Source: an uncultured virus (IMG/VR IMGVR_UViG_3300044695_008744) (Duplodnaviria; Heunggongvirae; Uroviricota; Caudoviricetes). From it: 20,000 nt of DNA. Where the stretch lies: the IMG/VR virus record IMGVR_UViG_3300044695_008744; one strand, written 5' to 3'. The translations under genes and the position numbers were made by a program. Below, piece by piece: positions 1 through 9,000 of this stretch (its first letter is position 1; each line of letters begins with the position of its first letter). The notes beneath the pieces are model-generated. The model was not told where the DNA came from. It made no database searches and was given only the letters and a program-made list of their open reading frames with translations.

Positions 1-2
1 AG

Positions 3-3000
3 CCAACATATTTGAGAAAATATGTGACAAATTCAAGTGTTGTAAATGGAATAATTTTTGATTTCTCAGAATATTCAACAACAATCGGTGGACCAGTTTA
101 TTTAAGTTTACTCACTGAAACTGAAGAAAAAAGATTTTACACAATCGCTAACAATTTCTCATTAAGCACAGACTATACATTCTCATTTAGTGTGCAGAGG
201 ACAAATTCTGATAATGCTTTTCATTTGAAACCATTTTTTACTCTAAGTGGGGGAAATCTAAATGAACTATCATTAAGTCTTGATGATATTCTCACAGAAC
301 CTTTAGATACACAATCTCTTACTTTTGGATTTTATCCATTTATATCTTTGATTGGTAATGGCAACGCCACTGTATCTTACTCCGTGTTTAGAGGCACTTA
401 TAATCATGGGCTAAGTTACCAAAAAGATAAAACATATTTTTCATTGTTATCAAGTGAAAACCCTGACTATACTTCTCAGTATGGAAAAAATGTTATTGCT
501 CAAAATACATACGGAATTACCACTTCAGCATTTCCGCAGATAGACACATACTTTTCTAATAACTCTATAAAGCAATTTAAATACGAAAATGTTACTTTTA
601 CAGTTAAAGCAGCATCAACTAGTCCAGTAGGTCTGTATGGACAAACTTATATAGACGGCATATATTTAGATTTTTGTGATTATGTTTTGGTTGCTGGTCA
701 AGTTGATAAAACAACAAATGGTGTATATCAAGTTCAAAGCCAAAGATGGGTTAAACAATCTGCATTGCCTTCAGGTAGTAATTTATCTGAGCCTACAGTG
801 TTAGTAAGCCAGGGAAATATTTTTGAAAATACACTTTGGATGCTAGATAAAACCTCATCTGAATGGATTAGCAATGTGATTAGTTGCCCAGTCGTAATTG
901 AGGACAATAATCTTCTTTTCACAGGAGTATCATCTTCTTATAAATATCCACAATATATTAAACTTGCATGTTCAGTAAATGGAATTGCCAGCCAAAGCAC
1001 CAGCAACCAAGTACAGATAAAATTGGCGAATTCTCCCACAGAAATTATTCAGGAAACTGATCAGATTACACAATGGGTTGGATTATTGCAAAATGGACAA
1101 CTTTACAATATTCAAGAAAAAAGCAATTCTAATAACACTGTATTTATGAATTTTGGAATTTCAAGTTCTCAAATTTCAGGAATTACAACAAATAGTTTTC
1201 CAGCAGTTTACAATATTTTAACAAGTTATGCTGGTAATTTTGCACCAGCAATATCAAATAATTCAGATTTTGTTCTTCCAGCTTACGGTTCTGAATATAG
1301 AATTTTCAAAAATGCTAGTTTAATTTATCAGCTATTTTCAACCTATGATTCGGTGAGTTTGAGTTCTTTGTCCACTGCAGTTGTAAACTCTTCAGTGTAT
1401 GCACTTAATTTTGCAAATCTTAAATCACCACAATCTGGTTATAGTACAGATATATTCATTGATAATGTTGCACCAACTATAGGAATTGTTTCTGTTTTAA
1501 ATGATCAAACAAAATCTGTAACTCTTGGTGTATCCACTGCATTAGACGCTGGGTCTGGTTTATATATAGCAAGAATTGTTCAAAGAAATCCATCCAATGA
1601 ATTAATATATGGATCTTGGTTTGGTTTTAATACAAACAGTTTTTATGGCTTATCAACCTTTACTGCATATCCTTCATATGTATCGAATGTAAATGGAATT
1701 TCCACTGGAGAACCTCTTTCAGGTTATTATAGATATAGCTTGCAAGTGGCAGACTCTGTAGGAAATGTAGCACAAACAAATCAAGTAGAAAGTTTTTATT
1801 ATGAATCTGCTCTTGTTGACACACAAGGTCCAGGATGTTCTGTTCAGTTTGTCAACTCACAAACATTTGAACCGATTTCAATTTCTTCATCTACAATCTT
1901 AACTGCTCAGATGTTTGCAACAGACACATTATCTCAGGTCAAAGCTTTTAGATATAGAATTCTACCTGATGGAGAATTCGGCAATTGGATTGACTATAAT
2001 GAATATGCTAACATTTATCTTCCTGAAAATATTTTAGACGGCACACTATCTGTCCAATTTCAGTTTAAAGATTTTGGCAATAATGTGTTGTATTCAAATT
2101 CTACAATCATAAATGATCAAGTTTATGTTTATTCATGGAACATTGTATCAAAACTTATAAACAATACTCTTTTCACTGTCACTGAAGTTACGAAATACAA
2201 TAATAACTCAGTTCTTTTGATTGGTGCATCTAAGCAAAATGCTGCTACACTTTTTGTGTGGGACAACAACAAACTGATTGAATTACAATATTCTGGCTTT
2301 ACAGGATGTAAAGCTGTTACCGCATTGATAAAAGTGGGAACACAAGTTTTAATTGGAACTGACAATGGTTCTATATTCACATACAGAAATGGTGTGGTGG
2401 CAGGTCCATTCGCTACTTTGAGTTGGGGCGATACACCTTTGCCAATTTCTAAATTTGAAATTCACTCTTACCCAGAAGACAACACAAGTTTTGTTTACGC
2501 AACAACATTAAATATTCCAAGAATTTTTAGAACTCCAACTGATAGCTTGAGATCTACTTCTTGGGAAGTAATTCAACCACCATTTATTTCTCTGGAGAAA
2601 ATTAATGTATTGAATTCGGGGCTTTGGTCAGGTACACAAATTTCATACACAATCTCATCAAGTTATATACCAGCCACATTATCACCAAACTATAGTTATG
2701 GTATTTCAAGTGTTATTGTTGCCAGCTCTGGTTCTAATTTACCAAGTGCGCCTACAATTACTGTTGGTGGACCCATTACAAACCTTGGATTACAGCCAGT
2801 AATGCAAGGAAGTATTGGTCAAATTATTTTAATTGCAAGTGGTCAAGGGTATTCGTCTGGAGCCACAGTAACAATTGCATCACCAGCAACAGGAGGATCA
2901 TCAGTACAAGCCACTGGTGTTGCAGTAACAAATTCACTTGGTCAGATTGTGTCGATAGTTTTGACTGCTGCAGGCTATGGATATACTGCACAGTACCCAG

Positions 3001-6000
3001 CTGTAACAATCACAGGAAATTCTGGAAATGGAAGCCAAGCTACCGCTACAGCAATAACACAATTTGATTCGATTTATTCTGTTACTGTCACTTCAACAGG
3101 TATTGCTACAACATCTAACATTACACTGACTACATCAGGTGGCGCGGTTTTAATTCCTACATTCTTGTATAGAGTGCCATCTATTACATTGACAAGCCCA
3201 GGCTTTGGTTATACATCAAGCCCAATTGTTTCAATTAATGGTTTAACAACCTTAGCAAGTTCAGTGGCACAATATGGTTCAATACAATCTATCACAGTGA
3301 GTGAGCCAGATGTAGAATTTCCAATCACTCTTTCTCCTAGTATATCTTTTATTGGTGGAGCATCCACTTCGTTTACCGCTAGTTTATCAACCACATCAAT
3401 TTCTTTTTCTACAGGTTCGACCGATAGTTTCTTAGGATTTGTATTAAGCTCAGCAAGTATCACAACAAGTTCTGTTGGTTTTGGGACTATTCCTCAGATT
3501 GTGTTTACAGGAACTGGAACTACAAATATTTTCTTACCACAGCTAGAATATGTTTTATCTGATGACATTCTTTTATATACAAAATCTGGTTCAATTTATG
3601 ATATTAAATCTTTTGATAATAAACTTTTTGTTTCAAGTTCATCAGGCGATATTGTAGAAATTGGTTATTCAAGCGGAATATTCAGCGCAGAGAGACATAA
3701 ACTTAATGTCAATAGCAATACTTTTTCTAATATTATTCCTGTTAATTTGGCAAAATATAATGATGGTATAAGCACTAATCTTTATTTTAGCACAAAAGAA
3801 GAGCCTTATATTGGAAAGTTAACAAAAAATCTAAACAGTTTTATTTTTGATTCTTATCGTGATAACATTTTACTTTTCAAACCTTTTAATTTTGATATTC
3901 TTTCAAACTGGCAACTTAAGAAAATTATCAATGATAATGGTTTTGCAAACGTTTCTTATGGAGATTCAAACAATAGTTCTGTTGACATCACAACATTTAA
4001 TGCTCAAGCTTTTTATGAAACTACAAAAGAGAACACATGGTTCAACAGATGTATTACTAATAATGACTATTTAGTGTTGTTTGATTTCCAGGCAGTTATT
4101 GGAACACAATCTTTTGAAATTTCAACTTTTAATTCTACACTTAAAGTAGCATTTACAGTTTTAAATAACACTCTACAGATTGCTTTTGGAAACAATAACT
4201 ATTCTACTATTGAAATTGATCTTTCATCTAATTACAATATTTATTTTGCAAAGAGTTCACAAAATTTATACATTTACAATGATTCTAACTTAATTTACAG
4301 TGAAATAGGATTTTTTGTAACCGTGAGTGCACAACCAGTTATTAAGTTTGGTTACATATTCGAACCACAAACTGTTTCAGCCAATGGTGACACTCTGTAC
4401 ATATTTGGTTTACCTTCTAATGCTGAATCTTCACAATTTATTTGGAGACAAATTAAATTCTCATTTAATAGCAGCACTAATGTATTACCAACTGATTATT
4501 ATAGTTTAAGTTTACCTTATGTAATGGCTAATTCTAGCTCTGTAAGAGCACTTAGAAATATAAACAATAGTTTGTTTGCCGCAACAAAATCAATTTTAGA
4601 TAGAAGAAGTACAACAAATCTTCCAGATGTTGGCACTAAAGTTTTTAGATTAGATAATGATTACTGGAGTGATGTTACAGGTAACTTTGATACATATACA
4701 GCAAGTGTAAGCACCTCTTATGTAATAACTTCACCAAACGACATTAACGCTTTAGACAATTCGTATTTTGTTACAGGTTTGGTTAAATCAATTCCAACAA
4801 GACAAGCAGCAAACACAATTATTCTTGGTCTTACATCGAACACAATTTATGAAGAACAAAATGGTCTTATATTAACAATTATTTACCCATATAATATTGA
4901 ACCTTCAGGCAAATTCTTGTTTATTTCAAGCACAAATAGTAATGTAACAGTTCCTTCTTCTGTCTTCTTTAGTTCAAGCGATCAAGTTCAAACTGTTGCT
5001 GTGGGAATTGGATCTACATCAGTAAACTCAAATGTCACCTTAACTGTAACTGATGGTGATATTTCCCAATCTGTTACAGCTAATATTTTGCCAATTGGAA
5101 TTTCTACTCTTGGATTCAATACAAATCTTTTTGTTGGATATTCTCAAGATTCTGTAATTGCAAATATAAGATTGACATCAGTTCCTAAAACAAACAGAAC
5201 AATTTTATTATCTAGCAATAATAGTTCAGTGCTGGCAGCACCAACAAATGGAATTGCTACAATTACAGCGGGTAATATTGGAATCTTTACTTCATTCTCA
5301 GTTGGCACAGCTGTAGCATCTAACACTAGCGTGACTATTGCTGCGTCTTACAGATCAACATTTGGGATAGCTACAGTTGTTGCATCTCCATTTGTTTTGT
5401 CATTAGGCGTAAATACAAATACTTTTGTTGGCAATGAATCCACAAGAAAAGTATTTGTAACATCCAGCGTTCAAAAATCCCCAATTGGCGTATTAACAGT
5501 GAATTACACCTCAAGTAGTAGTGCTATATTAAGTATACAGCCATCCGCTGTAATATCTCCAGCTTCTTTCAGCACAACTACTCAATTAACAATTGGAAAT
5601 GCTGTCACTACCAACACTCAAGTCAATTTGACAGGAAGATTTACTGGATCAATTTCCACTGGAATTTCTACTGCCACTCCGTTTGTTGTGACTACAGCGA
5701 CCACTGACTTATCAAGTCCAGTTTTAGGTTTACAAACTTCTAACGTTACATTTACAATTAATACTACACCTCTTACTAATGTGTCGGTTAGAAACATTGT
5801 GAGTTCACCTTCTTTTGTTAATATGGTGTTCCCTACATTCTCAACAGTCCTTGCTGGTACTTTATCTACCACTTTTGCAATATCTACTACAATTCAAACA
5901 TCAGCAGGATTAGCTATTACAATCAAAGGTGCGCCATTTGGATTCAACACTTCTCCAACTCAAGGTTTAATACTTTCTTCTGACGTTTGGAAGATTACAG

Positions 6001-9000
6001 GGTTTTCTATTTCCCCAACTTCAATTGTTGGAAATGGGCTTTTCGCAAATGGCATAGGTCAATCATATATTCTAAATGTTTCACTTAATATTGGTTTGCA
6101 AACAACAATTCTTATTACATCAAGTACAGGCTTTGTTAGCACAAGAAACATTAATTTCTTGACCACAAGCACAGGCTCAGCATCATCTATTGGATATGCC
6201 ACTGGATTTTCTACTTCTGCAATAACAAACGTAACTATAACAGCCACTGGTCCTAATTCTATATCTAGTTCAGTAAGTGGCTTGTTCTTAAATCCACTGT
6301 TAATTTCAAGTTTTTCGACAGCTTATGTATGGAATGACATTGCAACATTGTCTCCTAATTATACTATAGGAGGTCTAGGGGCAACAGTGATTGGCACTGT
6401 TGTGCTTAATTCTTATGTAGCCACAGGTGTTCAAACTATTCTTGTAAGAGCAAGCAATGTAACCACTCCTATAAGAATTTATGGTCAATCTTCTTCATCG
6501 GAAATTATAGGCTTAGCAACAGTATATACAGGTAGCAACACTACAAGTATTAATTTTGGGGCAAATTTTGTTTCTGTAAATACATCAGAGCCAATTACAG
6601 CTAGAATAATTTCTTCTGGTAGTGGTGTAGCAACAACGCCTATCAATGTTTACACCTATCCATCTTACAGTGCAATTTTCTATCCTGTTTACAGTGGTCG
6701 AGAAAACTATTTTGCACTTTCTGTTGGAACAAGTTTGCCAGTGAGCATTGGTTTTGCTGTAACTTTTAATAGTGGAGCTGGAATTGCTATAACAGCCACT
6801 CTTTTTGCGCAACAAAATCAAGTGTTGGCAAGCGTAAATCTTGGAACATTTAACACAGATAAGGTAATTTTAGCAGAAGTTGTGGCTTTAGGCTCAATGC
6901 AAACCTATTATGTGACAGGATATGCAAAAACAGGGGACGTTTTTGGTATGGGCTACAATTACTACGGGGAACTTTCATATAATTATCCTGTTTTAGGTCC
7001 AACAAATGGTTCGGCAGATAAGATTGCAATGAATCTTGGAAACATTGTTAAAACTGTATCAGGCTATCATCATAATTTAGCTCTTGATTCATATGGATAT
7101 GTTTATGGTATTGGTTATAATGCATATAATCAAATAGATTCTACTGGTATATCCACAAATGCTTTCAAACTCATCAACACAAATAACACATATGTCAGAG
7201 ACATTTTTGCTCAAGGTAACTCTTCTTACTTTATAACTGCCGATAACAAACTATATGGTTTTGGAGAAAATAATTCATATAGTTTGGGTACTTCAGGGTT
7301 TGCAAGCACAAGTGCTCCTTATCTTATAGCTTCTAATGTTGTTTTAGCTAGTATTATTTATGATAGAGGTGCTTACGTAACCTATGACAACAGGCAAGGA
7401 ATACAATCAGTGTATGAGTTTGGTAATGGAGCAGCTGGAATAACAAGTAAGCCCATCACTACATTGACAGATCAAGGCGTAACAATTCCCATTAGTAATT
7501 TGAGAATTTCAAATATTGATAATGGTCAGTATCATACAGTGGCGTGTGGCATATGGTCAAATCAAACTTTAGGTTTTTCTTCTAGTGGTGTTTTTGCTTG
7601 GGGAAGCAATGCATATTATCAAATAGGAACTTCTATTTCTATTGGCTATATAACAGTGCCTAATATTCTTCATAGATTTACCCAAGGAGGGGTTGATCAT
7701 GTTACACAATCTAATAACATTTACGCTGTTGATAGATTATCTGGTGTTGTTGAAAGTTATATACCTCAGGATCAATACTTTGTAGGCTCTGTAACAATGA
7801 ATACTCAAGGAATTGGATATACAGCAGGAGCAACTGTAACGTTTTCTGCTCCTCCTGTAACCCCATCTTCCGTTACAGCAACAGGTTACGCAGTCACTAA
7901 CGCGATTGGAATTGTTTCATCAGTCCTAATTACTAATCAAGGAGCAGGTTATAATCTTGGAGCAGCTGTTACGTTTTCTCCTCCACCAGCAGGAATAAAT
8001 ACTCGAAATGCTACTGGTACTGTTATTGTAAGCGCCAATAAAGTGGATTCAATTGTTATCACTGATTCTGGTAATGGTTATACTGAAGCCCCAACAGTAT
8101 TTATTTCACCAATAGCTGGTGGCTCAGGAGCGGCAGGAATTTCTTCAATGGCGTATAGCCAAATCACACAAATTATCGTCAGCAATTCTGGTTTTGGTTA
8201 TACAAACGCTCCAACAATAACAATTTCGTCTGTTGTGGGTTCAGGTGCAACAGCCACAGCAAATATCGAAACTATTGCTGAGCCAATTAACATTATTTAT
8301 CAAGTTGGAGTCAGCGTGACTTCGAACGCTACTGGATTTGGTTTAGCTCAAACATCTATCGCTGCTCCTTTATATGTAACAATACCTCAAGTATTACAGC
8401 GTATTTCTAAAAACTCTCAACATTTTGTTTGGACTATGCAATCTGGTTTAGTTTATGTCTCAGGCGGATCAGTGGGTCCGATACCTCTTACACAGTTAAC
8501 AACCACATTTACACAATCTGTTAGGCTGTTTGCACAAAATGAACCTCTCTCTACAAATGAACTTTATAGTTATGTGTGGTCAGCTGGCTCAAACATAACA
8601 ATTTCACTATTTGCTGGGGAAATTGTTCAAACTCTGAGTCAAGTTCCTGTAAAAATCAGTAGCCAAAACCAATGGGGTCCAACTAGTAACAATGAGTGGG
8701 GCTGGGCTTTAACACTCAAAACTGATGGTTCAATCGATTTCTTTAGACAACACCCAACGATTGTTCCTAAGTATGTTCAGAATTATCTACAAAATATTTA
8801 TGGAAATACTTTTGTTGATGTTTGTGCTACAAGCTATTTCAAGCCTACTAGACTTTATGGTGATTCAAACTATGCACCTGTAGCTCTTTCTTATTCAGGA
8901 GGCAACGTATTTGTTATAAGAACTCAAGGCGTAAGCAGTTACAATGTTTACCTTTCTAAGGCATCATCTGTTGCCCCTGTCCTAATTGATTCTGGCTATT

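Noticed and set aside
12..14. TTG as the true ORF1 start
   Set aside because: The frame is open to the window edge and there is no room to see an RBS, so the gene probably begins upstream.
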